This document shows positions 39,455 through 52,958 of a DNA stretch of 64,000 nt, one piece after another (within the stretch, counting starts at the first letter, position 1; each line of letters begins with the position of its first letter). The stretch covers positions 248,001 to 312,000 of the forward strand of contig MU057744.1 of NCBI GenBank assembly GCA_013265495.1. Direction: 5' to 3'. The notes under the pieces are model-generated. The model was not told the DNA's origin. It made no database searches and saw only the letters and a list, made by a program, of their open reading frames with translations. Source of the stretch: Vicugna vicugna (Eukaryota). The position numbers and the translations under genes were made by a program.

Positions 39455-39900
39455 ATTTTTTTCATGAGATACAATTTACATATCATGTAGTTTTCCCATT
39501 CCAAGTGTATAGTTCAGTGTGTTTTATTATATTCACAAGGTTGGGCCTTGTGAACCATCACCACAATCTAATTTTGAAACACTTTGATCCCCTCAGTAAG
39601 AAACCCCATTAACAGTCACTCTGTTCCCCTCTCCACCCAGCCCTATGCAATCATTAATCTGCCTTCTGTCTCTATAGATTTGCTGTATCTGAACATTTCA
39701 TATAAATAAAATCATACAATGTGTAGTCTTTTAAAAAATGTTTTTTGGCGGGAGGCAATTAGGTTTATTTATTTATTTTTAATGGAGATATGATTGAACC
39801 CAGGACCTCACTGAGCTATTACCCTCCCCACAATATGTGATCTTTTGTGACTGTCTTCTTTCATTTAGCATGTTTTTAAGATTTCATATGTATAGAACTT
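39455..39900 (-). mobile_element. L1MB-like 3' end with a nested, internally deleted SINE (about 39740-39830)
   Basis: gagatacaatttacatatcat...ctgtctctatagatttg...; the SINE remnant is flanked by caatgtgtagtctttt/caatatgtgatctttt. Confidence 0.75.
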
Positions 39901-40045
39901 CTTTTAAAACCAAACTGGAAGTCTACTTTTACAACAAAAAAAATCTTGAAATACAAATTCCTTTGCTTGTCAATACTCAGTTTACTTAATTACGTTATCT
40001 TTACATTTCTCCTTTTTTACAGATCAGCTTTGAAATTTGAAAACA

Positions 40046-40115
40046 ATGGAGAAGACTCAAGAAACAGTCCAAAGAATTCTTCTAGAACCCTATAAGTACT
40101 TACTTCAGTTACCAG
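40046..40115 (+). CDS. GGPS1: GGPS1 first coding segment (exon 2 spans 40023-40115), MEKTQETVQRILLEPYKYLLQLP-G
   Basis: Polypyrimidine acceptor ending ttttttacag (AG 40021-40022), ATG at 40046 (acaATGG), donor CAG|gtaac after 40115; 70 coding nt matching the GGPPS N-terminus. Confidence 0.97.
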
Positions 40116-40317
40116 GTAACAGTTTAGTTGTAGTACCTGTAGGGCCGTTTTTATAGAGTAGTGGTCATGTACGTGTTAGCATACAGGAAAGGTTAGACAT
40201 GCCAGCTCTTGAAATTTTCTATTTAAGGTGATACATATGAGGAAAATGACAATGATTTTTATTATTTTTCCTTAAAAGGGACATTTTTGAGGCACCCCTT
40301 TAAAAATATCCAATTGT

Positions 40318-40367
40318 TTAACATACCTTAAAAAAATAATACTTAACATACCTTAAAAAAATAATAC
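40318..40367. repeat. Perfect 25-bp tandem duplication in GGPS1 intron 2
   Basis: ttaacataccttaaaaaaataatac at 40318-40342 and 40343-40367. Confidence 0.95.
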
Positions 40368-42008
40368 ATTTAAGTATCTCATTAGAGGTTTTATCCTTTA
40401 TGGATGCCCTACTGTTTAGATACTAAGGGATGTCATGCAATTTGTATAACAACAAAAAGCTTTGTTTATCGTTTTCCACTGTCACACACACTGCATTTCT
40501 TACACTAATTCCTTTAAGAGACAAATAGTAATGCATCTAAAGCACGTTGCTTGCAAGCATAGCCCCCGTTATTCCTGTAAAAAGATGAGCCTCTTGGACG
40601 TGGCGTCCTAAAGAAACACCTACCTAATCATATATGTGTACTTGTTTTGTTTTGCTGTTTTTTTAACTTTGTCTGGAAAATGATAGTAGCAAATAAAAAC
40701 TCAAGCATATGGTAATGGGTTCTTTTAATAAAAATTCACATATACGCTAGATCCTAGATGACAGGGAAAAAGTATTAAAACAAAACTGCGGTGCCTGTAA
40801 GTTAAGCCATTTATTGTACTGTTTCCAGTATACATTCTGAAGGGAAGGGAAGTATGGCTGCACATTGATTCTCTGTTCTTCATCTTCTAAACGTGTTTTT
40901 TAAAGTGATAGGGTTACTTTGCACAGTTGTGCATTCTTTGTATAGACCAGATTGCCCTTGTTAAACTGGAAAGTAGATTAAAAGTCTAAATGATATAATT
41001 GCTACTCAGACCATGTTCACCTTAAGGGTTAATAGACAGGAGATGCTTCCAAAATCCTGACAGCTCCTTCCCTTTTTGACTTCTCACAGAAAGTGAAACT
41101 TTGTTCCATTTGGGTATACCATGAGGGTTTGTGTATTCGTTTGGATGATTGGTGCAGAAAAAACACAGATAGGACTTAGAAAAGACTGGGTTTGTTTGCT
41201 GAAACTGTTTATGTAACTATTTTCCTGAAGCCTAATCTGAAATTAGGATGTTACTGGGCATTTACTTAAGCAAGAAGTTCATAGAATGAACATTTTTATT
41301 AAATGAACTGGTTGTAGTTTTTATCTATTATTCCTTTATTTGGGGGCTAAAATGACTTCTAGTGGTGACTACTACCCAAAGACTTCTCTTGAGTTTTCTG
41401 TGTAAGAAAAAAATATTAAAGAACTAATCGCCCTAGTCAAAAATAAAGATACTAACCTTGACTAAATTCAGGATGTTAGAAGGGAGTACTTCATGGAGCA
41501 GTAATCTTACTTTTTCATATAAAAGAAGTAGAGCTATCCAGTCTCTAAAATCTTAATTCAAAGGAATGGTAGATAATTTTAGGAGGTAGTTTTAGGAGGT
41601 AATTCAGTAGCAAAGTACATTTACTTACAAATACCTCTGGTTTCTGGGCAGTGCTGACGGCCACTGACTGGCCTCCCCTTGCAAAAAAGGAATGAATTAG
41701 ATTATAATTCCTTAAAAGTTCATTCCATTCCAAAACTTAATACAAGTTAAGATGAAAGGAATAGGCTTACTAATGGGCACTAGAGTACTTTAGCAACTCT
41801 TTTGCCTGCCCTAATTTTAAAAGGTTGTGCATTTTAGGGTTTTTGGCCGAGGGGGCAGTGGGGGCCCAGCCATGGAACACCAGCTCTGCAGTAGGCAGAT
41901 TGATGGGGCTGGATTTATCAAGTCTGATCAGTTTTAGAGGAAGTTTCTGAATGTGTTTCTGATCATTAAAATATTAATTTATTGCCAAATTTTATTCTTT
42001 AAATGCAG

Positions 42009-42079
42009 GTAAACAAGTGAGAACCAAACTTTCACAGGCGTTTAATCATTGGCTAAAAGTTCCAGAAGACAAGCTACAG
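42009..42079 (+). CDS. GGPS1: GGPS1 exon 3, (G)KQVRTKLSQAFNHWLKVPEDKLQ
   Basis: Acceptor aaatgcag|, donor CAG|gtattt; 71 nt, and 70+71=141 restores phase 0. Confidence 0.97.
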
Positions 42080-42322
42080 GTATTTAGGCAATTCTAACCT
42101 TATTCTTAATCCCCAAGAAATTAATAGATATTATGTAAAAATACTCCATTAATTCAGTTTAATGCTCATGCAATGTTTTATATTGAGGTTGCTAGATAAT
42201 TATTAGTTTTAAAAACTCAGACATCTGACACTTTGATAGTCTGTTACTATACAATAAGTATTTATAAGCGTTTTTGAACAGTTCAAATAAAATTAAATTT
42301 TTCAATTGTATTTCTTGTTAAG

Positions 42323-43084
42323 ATTATCATTGAAGTGACAGAAATGTTGCATAATGCCAGCTTACTCATCGATGATATCGAAGACAACTCAAAACTCCGA
42401 CGTGGCTTTCCAGTGGCACACAGCATCTACGGAATTCCATCCGTCATCAATTCTGCCAATTACGTGTATTTTCTTGGCCTAGAGAAGGTCTTAACCCTTG
42501 ATCACCCGGATGCAGTGAAGCTCTTTACCCGCCAGCTCTTAGAACTCCATCAGGGCCAGGGCCTCGACATCTACTGGAGGGATAATTACACCTGTCCCAC
42601 GGAAGAGGAGTATAGAGCGATGGTGCTGCAGAAGACAGGTGGGCTGTTTGGCTTAGCAGTAGGTCTCATGCAGTTGTTCTCTGATTACAAAGAAGATTTA
42701 AAGCCACTACTTGACACACTTGGGCTCTTTTTCCAAATTAGGGATGATTATGCTAATCTGCACTCCAAAGAATATAGTGAAAACAAAAGCTTTTGTGAAG
42801 ATCTAACAGAGGGAAAGTTCTCATTCCCTACGATTCATGCTATTTGGTCGAGGCCTGAAAGCACCCAGGTGCAGAATATCTTGCGCCAGAGAACCGAAAA
42901 CGTAGATATTAAAAAATACTGTGTACATTATCTGGAGAATGTAGGTTCTTTTGAATACACCCGGAATACTCTTAAAGAGCTTGAGTCTAAAGCCTATAAA
43001 CAAATTGATGCATGTGGTGGGAACCCTGAGCTAGTAGCGCTGATAAAACACTTAAGTAAAATGTTCAAAGAAGAGAATGAATAA
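42323..43084 (+). CDS. GGPS1: GGPS1 exon 4 coding part, trans-prenyltransferase domain
   Basis: Acceptor ttcttgttaag|ATTATCATTGAA; contains the 42335-43084 ORF with aspartate-rich motifs DDIED and DDYAN plus KTGGLF and EDLTEGKFS; spliced CDS 70+71+762=903 nt = 300 aa + TAA. Confidence 0.99.
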   Translation: MIIEVTEMLHNASLLIDDIEDNSKLRRGFPVAHSIYGIPSVINSANYVYFLGLEKVLTLDHPDAVKLFTRQLLELHQGQGLDIYWRDNYTCPTEEEYRAMVLQKTGGLFGLAVGLMQLFSDYKEDLKPLLDTLGLFFQIRDDYANLHSKEYSENKSFCEDLTEGKFSFPTIHAIWSRPESTQVQNILRQRTENVDIKKYCVHYLENVGSFEYTRNTLKELESKAYKQIDACGGNPELVALIKHLSKMFKEENE

Positions 43085-44700
43085 TACTAAGCCATTCTTG
43101 ATTAGGCCTGATAGCTTAATTGTCTTTTAGCCAATTACCTTTTTACAAATTTGGACCAAGCTGTTAGCCTCCAAAAACAGTGAGATGGTGGTGGTATGAG
43201 TGAGGCTGTTCCACTTAGAATCTTTGTGAACAGGTAATCATCACAGCACAGAGCTGAAGGAGTCAAAAGTTGCCACATCCAAATAGGTCTGCTTTGAATG
43301 TCAGAATGTGCTATGTTGGGACCTTGTGGCCGAGTCTGCTGCGAATGTTCTGTTGATTCTGTCAATAAAGAAGACTTCAGCTTCCAGGAATTTTTATCGA
43401 CACTTTTTATGCACTATACAGGCAGGTATCAATGCATCTGCCCCAGTTCCAAGCCAGTGACAATTTGGGACCAATTTCTTAAGTGTTCCTGCTTAGAATA
43501 GCTCATTCCCCTCCCTGGAAACTCCCTCACTAAAGTCTTCCGTGAAAAAGCGGACGGTGACAAGCAGGGAGCATTCTGATCCGTTTTTTCAGCTCCCTTC
43601 TTTCCTTCCTCCATACCTAGCATATTCTGCTCTTTAACCAAGTAGTGTCCCTGAGTGAAATGTACACGTTAGCCCAGTTTCTTTTTCCCTCGTAATGTGA
43701 CTTGTGCCTCAAAACTAGTAAGTACAGCAGTGTCTTTCCATTTGGGAAGAAACAAGTACACGGAAAAAGCACTTCAGGAAGGAGCCTTTAAACTGTTTTA
43801 TATTTTCTCATCGTTAGCAGTCAGAATCGTAAAAGCTGTTTGCTCACCTCAAGTATAAAAGCAGGGGGAACTGCCCTTTTCCTCCCCACCTACATCACTA
43901 ACCCCTCCTGAAGGCAATTGGTGCTTGAATGGAAAGGGAAGTGGGCACCTTTAATCTCTGTGATTAAAGGAAGGCGAAGTGTTAACCTGAAAGCTAGTGC
44001 CTGACTGAAAAGTACCGAAGGCTACACTGTCGGGCACAATTAGCTTTATAGAGCCTTAACCCTAACTCTGTCCCTTTTGTTTAATTTTAAGCCCTAAGCC
44101 CCTGGAACCATCTGTGGCCCAAGAGGTAGGGGGAAAAAAAAGACCCTGATTTCTGTGTTAAAGTATTGCTGATATCTCAAAATGAGAGTTTCTATTTCTC
44201 AGTAACATTGCATCTTGTTTGATTGGTTCTACAGTGTGTTAATTTAGATCAAATCACCATATACTTGAGAAATTCTCAGCAAAGCACTCAACCGAAATCT
44301 TTTTGAAAAGTTGGGTATTTACTAACATTTAAAATAATTTGAGTCTTCTATTTTAATTGATACAAGGAAATGTCTTCTGAAAATCATAGATATTTGTGCT
44401 ACACTATGGAAATTTGAACTTTGTTTTTATGAGCCTGTAATTTTTTTGAAACAGTGGATTATTCAAAGGTCCAATGCTAACTGTATAGACAGAAATTACA
44501 TTATTTTCCTTTAAGGATAAAGATTGCTTACGTAGATTATTTCCTACCTAATCAAGTTCAGTTTTGACCTGGTGCTACTCATTGTTTTGTCATTTTTGTC
44601 ATGCCTTTAAATGACAGAAATGCTTGACATTGAATTGGGGACTTATAAGAAGACTCATTTTACCTATTGAATAATTAAAAATCCATTCTTTTTACTTGAC
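43085..44700 (+). other. GGPS1: GGPS1 3' UTR with candidate proximal (AATAAA 43364-43369) and distal (ATTAAA 44674-44679) poly(A) signals
   Basis: Repeat-poor sequence after the stop codon; both hexamers seen directly; the 3' end is inferred. Confidence 0.6.
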
Positions 44701-46849
44701 ATATATCATGGTTAATACAGAAGAAAATCAAATTGATCTTATTTGTTGGCAAAATCAAAAGAACGAAGGCTAGTTATGTTGCCATGAATCACTTTCGGAC
44801 CTCAGCAAGATTTTAAATACATCAGCTCTTCTCATTTCAGCGTGTCAGCTTCCTGACTTGACTCCCTGCCCTTCCTAACCTACACCCCATAGTTGTTCAC
44901 TTCCCGGAGCCTTCCCAGGGCTCTCCCAGATCACTTTCCTCCTTTCCTGAGGCCCCTGTCATCTGCCTGCTCCCAGTGCTGGAGGAATCCAGCTGTCCGC
45001 TTTGCTCCTCCCGCGGTGCCGAGTGGCTGCTGGGGAACATGTGGGGAAGTGCTCCTGTCGCCAGTGCAGGTAAATCTAGGAAAGCCTTGATAGCCCTTTT
45101 ATTTTTTCATCTAATCCTGACAGAGACTTAAAATTTGTCACTCTAGCATCCCCTGCTCCTCCACTTTTCTCCTATTCAGTGTAAACTTCTAACTTTCCTC
45201 CCCTGTACTTCTTTAGATCTGTCTTCAGTCTGCTTTCGTCTCAGGAAAAGTTGTTTGCCGTCCTGCCCTAGATCAGACAAGCTTTCCTGTTCTTGGTTCC
45301 CTCCCTCCCTGCCTTTTGAGGGCCTTATTTCATTCCCTGCCTTGTATCCACAAGGTTTATCCATTGGCTCTTTTTTATGCAGTGTACTGGGAGGGAGGAA
45401 AAAGGAGACATGTACATTTGTGAAATACCTATTAGGTACCACATGTCTTATGTTTTTCTCATTAAGTGTTTACTGAGCAGAGCCAGGACCCTGAATACAG
45501 GTCAGAGCACTTTGTTTTTCAGTACTGCTGACCTATTCTGTAAGCACACCTAACTATATTTCAAAGTTTAGAAAGCACCAGTCTGTTGTAGTAATGTACT
45601 GAATGGTTTCTCTTCCTATGATCTGTATCCACTCCAGGCTATCCTTCATACTCCAAAGCTGTCTCTCTAAAGCACAGATCTGATTATGTCATTCTGATGG
45701 TTTAAATTCTCTGAATCCCCAGTGCTGCCACCTGTAAATTCCTTGGCATAATATATAAGGCTTTTCAAAATCTTATCTCCAACCTATGGTAACCAACCAT
45801 GTTTTCTAACCGTATTTTCTCTCCTCACACACACTATCCTCTGCCAGGAAATACTCCTCACGGCCAGGACAGTATTCTATTACTCAATTCATTTAGAGTG
45901 TTTCTTGAGATCCTATAAGCTAGAGCCTTTGCTAGACTTTGGACATAGAAGAGTGATGGACAGTCTTAACCTCGTGTGATTTTCCTGTTGTGGAGACTGG
46001 GAAGTAAATAGCCAGTTATTGAACAGTATTGTTCGCGCTGGGATCAGGGCCCCTAAGTACTTGTTTACATGTGACCTACTTTCCTATTCTCAGTAGCACT
46101 TAATAAATGTTCATGAATGAATAAATCTGCTAGACTATAATCTCCCACCTCCCAAGGGTTCCATAAAACATCCTGTGTGTGAAAAGATACCATAAACTTC
46201 AGATGTTAGCTTTTATCTTCATGTGGTTCTTCTACCTCTTAATTCTTGCTTTAATGATTCTTAGTCAATGCTCTATCCCTTCTGAAAGCATTCTTAGACT
46301 GTTTACTTTCAGTTTTGTCCATAATTAACCACTGTATCAGAACCCTGACCACCTTATATTCAAGACCCTTATTTTAGCTATTCATCTGAGTTCTCTGTTA
46401 CCAGCTTGAAATCAACATATTTAAAACCGAATTATACATCCCTTCCTATCCCTTTACCAATCCAAATAGTGGAATAAAACCACTTCACCCCCCTGCCTTT
46501 TCTACCACCATTGTCATTCCTCAGGTGAGCCAGGAATGTATCTTTGACTTATTTCTCACCCTTGCCTCTTATCCAGTCCTCCCAAGTCCTGTAGATTTGT
46601 CCTTTGAGGTGTCCCTTATCTGTCCCTTTCTGTGTTCAGTTCCTTTCCATTTTCACTACAGCACTTAGAACAGCCTTTGTTGCCATACATGCTGGGCCAG
46701 TATTTGGTAGTTGAAATACAGAAAAGGAGTCATGATAATGAATCCCACAGTAATGTGAATTCAGATACAATGCAGTTGGCACTTGTCTCCCCAGCCTTCT
46801 ACCACCTCCAGTTGGCTAACTGCAGACTTGCTCTCTTTTTTCATTAAAC

Positions 46850-47855
46850 CTTGTAATAATGCAACCTCATATTTTATGTGATTGAATATACTGGGCCTTT
46901 GCAAGTTGTATGGCATGATTTGACCATACTCTTGTTAAAGATCGTAATAGTGCAATAAGCAAAAATATTAATAGTACATATTTCACTATTAACCCATTAG
47001 TTCAAGTTAATTGTGTAGAATGTTTCATGGCCATTGATTAACGGGCATCTTTTCACGGAGATATCTGGGGAACATTTGTAGCACTTTCTGCCATGTCTTG
47101 CACATTCTTTACAAAGCATTCTATGCTTTTGGAGAATGACCAGTTTATCTTTGAATTGTATTTGTTACAATGCATAAAGAAAAATATATCTGAAGGTTTG
47201 AAAATTGGTATAATGAATAACGGAAGATATTTAGACCTCAATGGGCAGAGCAATTCTAATGGTAAGCTACAAAAGTAATTTATAAATCTCACCAAAACTT
47301 GTAAAGTCACTTAATAAGAATTCTAAAATGGGAATAGTTAAATATTTGAAAAGTAAAAAAATTTAAAGAGATTTAGCTTTCTAATAGCTGTCATTATTTT
47401 ACAAGAAAAATGATTTGTTAAATTTGACACTGTTGATTAACTATAAAGAATTGGACATAAAACTAAAGGAAACTGAAAGTGAAGCAGAAGGTTAGTGAAA
47501 CAAATGAGGATAAGTAAGCCCTTTGAAACAAAACGAAGTAGCTATTCCAAGAGACAAACGAACAGATTTTCTAATACATTTTATGAAATTGCATTTGTAG
47601 TCTGATAACAGAAGTTAAAGCGTCATTTTTTTTAAGTTTGTTCAATTTATTGAATCCTGAAACTTGGGCAGTTTAGGTTTGCAAAGCTCTAGATTGAAGA
47701 TGAACAAAAGTAAAATTATAGCATTCACTAAAATGGCTTAGCACTAAAGATATAAAATATATAATTTTACACATTATTAGAAGGCTTAGAAAAAATCTGA
47801 ATATAATTGCTGGTAGTTCAGAGGAAGCCGAGAGAGGATTCAGCACCAATGTCAT
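46850..47855 (+). mobile_element. Decayed hAT transposase fragment (possibly Tip100/Arthur-type)
   Basis: 47797-47850 translates LNIIAGSSEEAERGFSTN, matching the hAT C-terminal dimerisation motif SxxxERxFS; upstream AT-rich sequence with broken frames; left boundary approximate. Confidence 0.6.
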
Positions 47856-50459
47856 TACTATTAGGAGAAATTTTCAATTTAAGACCACAAGTCACCTATG
47901 ACTGTCAGTTTGATGAGGAAGTTGTGGGAGGACTCTGCAGTTTACTGTGTTGCATCACGGCTCAGACAGGAGCACCTCTGAGCTAGTGACTACTGCAGCA
48001 AACAAGGCCGATCGTTTCCTCCTGCCTCGGAGCATCAGCACAGCACATGTGGATTACTGTCGCTTGACTTGTTTCCCCGGAATCCCTTCTCTTCTTTCAG
48101 TCTGTGTTGCACACAACTGCCACCTTAATCTTAATTATTTGCTTCCACTTTATGCCTCTATTCAAAAATCATTTCTTTATAGGACAAACACTTTAGCTTC
48201 ACAGTCACAGCTCTCTGTCCTCTGCTGCTCGTCTCCCACCGTCCCTTCCCTTCAGTCAAGCCCGACTGCTCGTTCCCACCTGCAGACATTGCATACGTTC
48301 CCACTCTCATGCCTGTGCTCACGACTGCTTCTGAGCTGCTCCCCTGCCATCCACTAATTTGCTCTGTCTCTAAAGTCTAAAGTTGTAATTTCCTTGCTGA
48401 AGACTTCTGTTCCAAATCAGGATGTCTTCGTAATAATTAAAAATAATAACAATGTAAATAGATGAAACAGACCCCTCCCTCCATTCAGATAAAAAGTGAG
48501 AGGATGGTCTGGAGCTTAGTATTTAGTAGAGACCTTACAAAGTAAGTGTATAAGTATTTGGCCTTGAAGATAGCCTTTAGTTAACTAAGATAATTAAAAG
48601 GCACATGGCTGGCTCAATAAGGAGTCTTTTTGTTATTCTCGGCAGACCCATTGCTCTCAAATGGTGAGGAGCTGACTCTGTTGTAAGGCAGCTGGAAAAC
48701 ATTTCTTTAATAGGAGTATACAACAGTGTTTCCCCAGTTTGAATAATGTACCATCTCCTTTAAAAGAAAAATGATTATTCTGGACCTCTACTGTTGACTT
48801 GTTATTTTTGTTACATTGCTGTATAAGTAAAATAATTCAAGGCATAAGCTTCTGGAGGGGACATGTTTGTTGTTCGCTGGCCATTCCCCCAACCTGATTC
48901 TTCCTGATCACATTCCTGTTTCCTTCTGGTAAATCACCTCTCCCCAGTTGTGTACAGCCAGGGTACCCTGTCTTCCCATACAGAAGCCACAGGATCCCAG
49001 GAGGTTGCTGTATCCTTCCTCTCGCTGCCCTGCCACAGTCAGAGGGTGATATGTGACCTAATCTTGACCAATTGGAGTCTGTCTCCAGGGAGATTCTTGA
49101 GTCGGAAAGGCTGTTGGAGTCCATTCAGCTGGTAGGAGGAAACTGACCAAATGGCTAAACAGTACTTGCTATTCTGGGTTCTTTTCTGATCCAGAATAGC
49201 AAGTACTGTTCTTCCTTGGTTCTTTGTCCGGAACCTGAACCTGGAGCTCCAGCCCTCCCGTTGTGCTGTGAGCTGTTTAGTATCCTTCCAGTAAACCCCC
49301 ATTGTTCTTAAGGTAGGCAGATCTTCTCTAAGCTGTCAGAGAGAAAAACAAGAAAATGCAAGGTTAGGAGACTAAGTTAGCACTTGTGTGAAAAAAAAAT
49401 AAAGAAAACATTTTGCATACATTACCCCTATGACGGGAACAGAGGGACCTGGAAAGCAGGAGTAGCGGAGTAGCTTCTGGCTGTATACCCGTTTACGGCT
49501 TTTGACCTTTGAAGCTTGGGAATGTACTATCTATTCAAATTTTGAAATTTTTAAAAGTCGTAGGAGCAATAAACAAGAAATATCATCAGTAATGCTAAGC
49601 AGATCATCTTTAAAGGGTGGCTCCTTAACATTCAGTGTTCAGGGAAGACCTTTCTGAGGAAGTAGCCTTTAAGCTAACCTCTGACTGATAAGAAAAGCCA
49701 TACCACAATCCTGGTGAAGAGCAACTGAAACACAAGGAATCCAAAGGTCTTAGGTAGGAAAGAGCTTGGCTGACAGGTACAGGATAACATAGGGACCAGA
49801 TCATGTAGGACTTTGCCGAACAGAGTAGGAACTTGACATATTAACCTAAGTGCAATTGGGAAGCCAATGAAGGTTTCAGGAAAGTGAGTCACAGGATTTA
49901 ATTTACCTTTATAACAGAGCATCCTGGCATCTGAGTGGAGGATGGATTTGTCGAGGGCCAAGAGAAGAGGTGAGGAGACCTATGCAGTGATGGTCGCTAA
50001 AACAAGGGTGGAGGCAAAGGACACAGTATGAAGAGGTTCAACTGGGGATTATTTTGAAAGGAGTTGGTAGGAATTACATGTGGATATAATGTAGAGTTAA
50101 TGAAAAGAGAAATTAGGGATGACTGCTAGATTTTTTTTTTTTTAAGAAATTGGTACCATGAATTGGATTCAGTAAAACAGGGGAGGAACAACTTTTAGGG
50201 GGAAATCAGAGTTGCCTATGAGCTATCCTAGAGGAGATGGCAAGAAGGAATTTGCATGCACAAGGCTAGATAGAGTTCAGAGGAGAGAGCAAGCAAAGCT
50301 GGAAGCTGGATTCGTGCGCCATTGACATGTAGGTAATGTATAAAGCCACAGGACTGCGTAAGCTCTAGGGACAGTGTGTGAATAAGGAGAAGGAGGGGCT
50401 TGGCACTGATTTCCTGGGCACTCCACTTTTGGTTATCTATGTGTGTATGTGTGTGTGTT

Positions 50460-50978
50460 TGTAATGTTTTAGAAACAGCTTTACTGATTCACATACCATG
50501 TATTTTTAAACTGTACAATTCAGTGGGTTTTGGTATATTCATGGGATTATACAACCATCACCACATTCTAATTTCAGAATATGTTTGCTTCCCCTAAAAG
50601 AAACCCCCATCACTAATTGCATTCACTTCTCATTTCCCCCCTCTACCCCGACCCCAACCCTAGGCAGCCATGGATCCACTTTCTGCCTCTGCAGACTTGC
50701 CTATCCTGGACGTTTCACATAAATGGAGTCGTACACTATGTGGTCTTTTGTGACTGGCTTCGTTCACTTAGCATAGCGTTTTCAGGGTTCATCTGTACTG
50801 TATCAGAACTTCAGTTCTTCCGAAGTCTGAATAATAGCCCACTGTATGAAATGCCACATTTTGTTTATCCATTCATCAGCTGATGAACATTTGGATGGTT
50901 CTTCCTTTTTGCTGTTATGAATAATGCTGCTATGAACAAGTTTTTATGTGGATATATATTTTCATTTCTCTTGGGTAA
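50460..50978 (-). mobile_element. L1MB-like 3' end
   Basis: aaacagctttactga...ttttgtgactggcttcgttcacttagcat...ttcatttctcttgggtaa. Confidence 0.88.
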
Positions 50979-51355
50979 TAATATGGACTGAATGTTTGTG
51001 TCCCCCTAAAATGTATATGTTGAAGCGTCAACCTCCAGTGTTTCTGTATGTGGAGATATGATCTTTATGGAAGTAATTAAGGTTAAATGAGGTCATAAGG
51101 ATGGGAACCTGATCCAATAGGATTAATGTCATTATAAGAGGAGACTCGAGAGAGACTTTTTCTCTCTTTCCACCATGTGGGGACCCAGTAAGAAGGTGGC
51201 CACCTGCAAACCAGGAAGACAGCCCTCACCAGGAATCAAATCAGCTTGCATCTTAATCTTTGACTGCCAGCCTTCAGTACTGTGAGAAAATAAATTTCTG
51301 TTGTATAAGCTACTCAATTTGTGGTATTTTGTTAACAGCACCCAAGCCAACTAAG
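50979..51355 (+). mobile_element. MLT1A-like MaLR LTR
   Basis: tatggactgaatgtttgtgtcccc...taaggttaaatgaggtcataagg...aaataaatttctgttgtataagc. Confidence 0.88.
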
Positions 51356-51436
51356 AAAATTAAATACTTATATGAGTTATATGATACTTTTGCTTTGTCT
51401 TTTGAGGAGAGAGTATATCTTAAGAATGTGCTTATG

Positions 51437-51586
51437 AGGGGAGGGTATAGCTCCATGGCAGAGTGCCTGCTTATTAGCATGAGCAAAGTCCTGGATTCAA
51501 TCCCCAGTACCTCCATCAGATAAATAAAGAAATGAACAAATAAATAAATTAACAAACCTAATTACCTCCCCCACTAAAAAAAAAAA
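51437..51586 (+). mobile_element. tRNA-Ala-derived SINE
   Basis: gggggagggtatagctc...ggattcaatccccagtacctcc...aaacctaattacc; TSD aagaatgtgcttat/aagaatatgcttat. Confidence 0.9.
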
Positions 51587-51622
51587 AGAATATGCTTATA
51601 AATAATGCTGCAATTAATATAC

Positions 51623-52141
51623 TGTAGTAAAAAAGAACAAATTTGACTCCATATTAGATCTGTTCCTTGAGTTTTGAACACTGTGCCCTGTTTTCTAGGC
51701 TTAGTCTTGCTGGCTCTGCACCTTTTGTAAAACAGTGTTGCCTTTGGTCTGAAATATACAGGAGAGCCCATTCTCAAGGCTCTGACCTTTAAGGATGTCA
51801 GCACTTCTGCACTTACGTAGAGACGGCAAGTTGCAGAATAGAGAATAACCTTTGTTTTGTTGGAGGTTTACAGGGACACCATGGCCTGACCCACATGGGA
51901 CAGCTGCAAGAACAAAGAATTCCTGCAGCAAGAAGTTTGCAACAACCTAACAGGTTTTTTTTTTTTGTATAAAAGGAGCCTGTATTCTGACTGGAGGAGG
52001 ATGGTTCTCCAAGACATTAGCCTGCCATCATCTAGGTCTGCCAGCTTTCAGAATAAAGTCACTATTCCTTGCCTCAACACCTTATCTCCTGATTTATTGG
52101 CCTGTCATGCGGTGAGCAGAATGAGTTTGGACTTGGTAACA
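51623..52141 (+). mobile_element. ERV1-class solo LTR
   Basis: TG...CA ends, 4-bp TSD atac (51619-51622, 52142-52145), tataaaa near 51968, aataaa near 52052. Confidence 0.9.
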
Positions 52142-52711
52142 ATACTTCTATATACATTTTTTGTACACCAAAAGGGATTCTTGATAATACATTCCTTTTT
52201 GGGGTACAAAAAAGTATATGAAAGTATATACATCGCAGCATTATTTGTAATACAAAAAACGTAGAAAATGTTCATCAATATGAATTGATTAAGTCACAGT
52301 TCAGTGATTTAATGCAGTGAAACTGCCTGTACACTGTAAGTATATAGTAGCAAAATAATTTTAGAGATATTTGTATTCTTTTCCCCGTTTTTCCATCTTT
52401 AGTTCCAGAGAGGTTACCCAGGCCATTTTGTGCTTTTTCGCGTCAGGGAAGTATTATGATGGTCAAGCTAAAAGAAATTTCTTGCAAGACACTTCCCTTT
52501 CTGAATTAATTTTCCTAAAACTGGAGCCTATTGAAGAGATCAGGCTAGGTGTACTGGAAGGAAGACACGGAGAAGGAGCAGCAGAGCAAGAGAAGAGGGA
52601 GCAAACAGGAGGGAGGAGAGAACCCTGGGAAGGGAGGTGCTCATGGTCTGGGTAGCACTCGAGGATATGAGCCAGGCTTCATGGAGGACGGACTGGACAG
52701 CAGCACTCCTG

Positions 52712-52958
52712 CTCTCTCTTGGCTTGCAGGCGGCCGCCGCCTTACTGGGGCCTCACATGGTGTAAAGAGAAAAAAACAGCTCATGCTCTCAGGTCTCTTC
52801 TTATAAGGATACTAATCCTATTGGATCAGGTTCTCACCCTTATGACCTCATTAATCTTAATTTCTTCCACAAAGGCCCTATATCCAAATACAGAAATATT
52901 GGAGGTTGAGGCTTCAACATAGGAATTTGGGGGAGACACAAGTATTCAGCACATAACA
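52712..52958 (-). mobile_element. MLT1A-like LTR 5' part, joined to an L1MB fragment (52959-53022)
   Basis: Reverse complement aligns with 50979-51222. Confidence 0.85.

Noticed and set aside
42335..43084. GGPS1 as an intronless 249-aa gene or processed pseudogene
   Set aside because: The ORF-track start is an internal GTG codon; upstream exons with canonical splice sites complete the 300-aa CDS.
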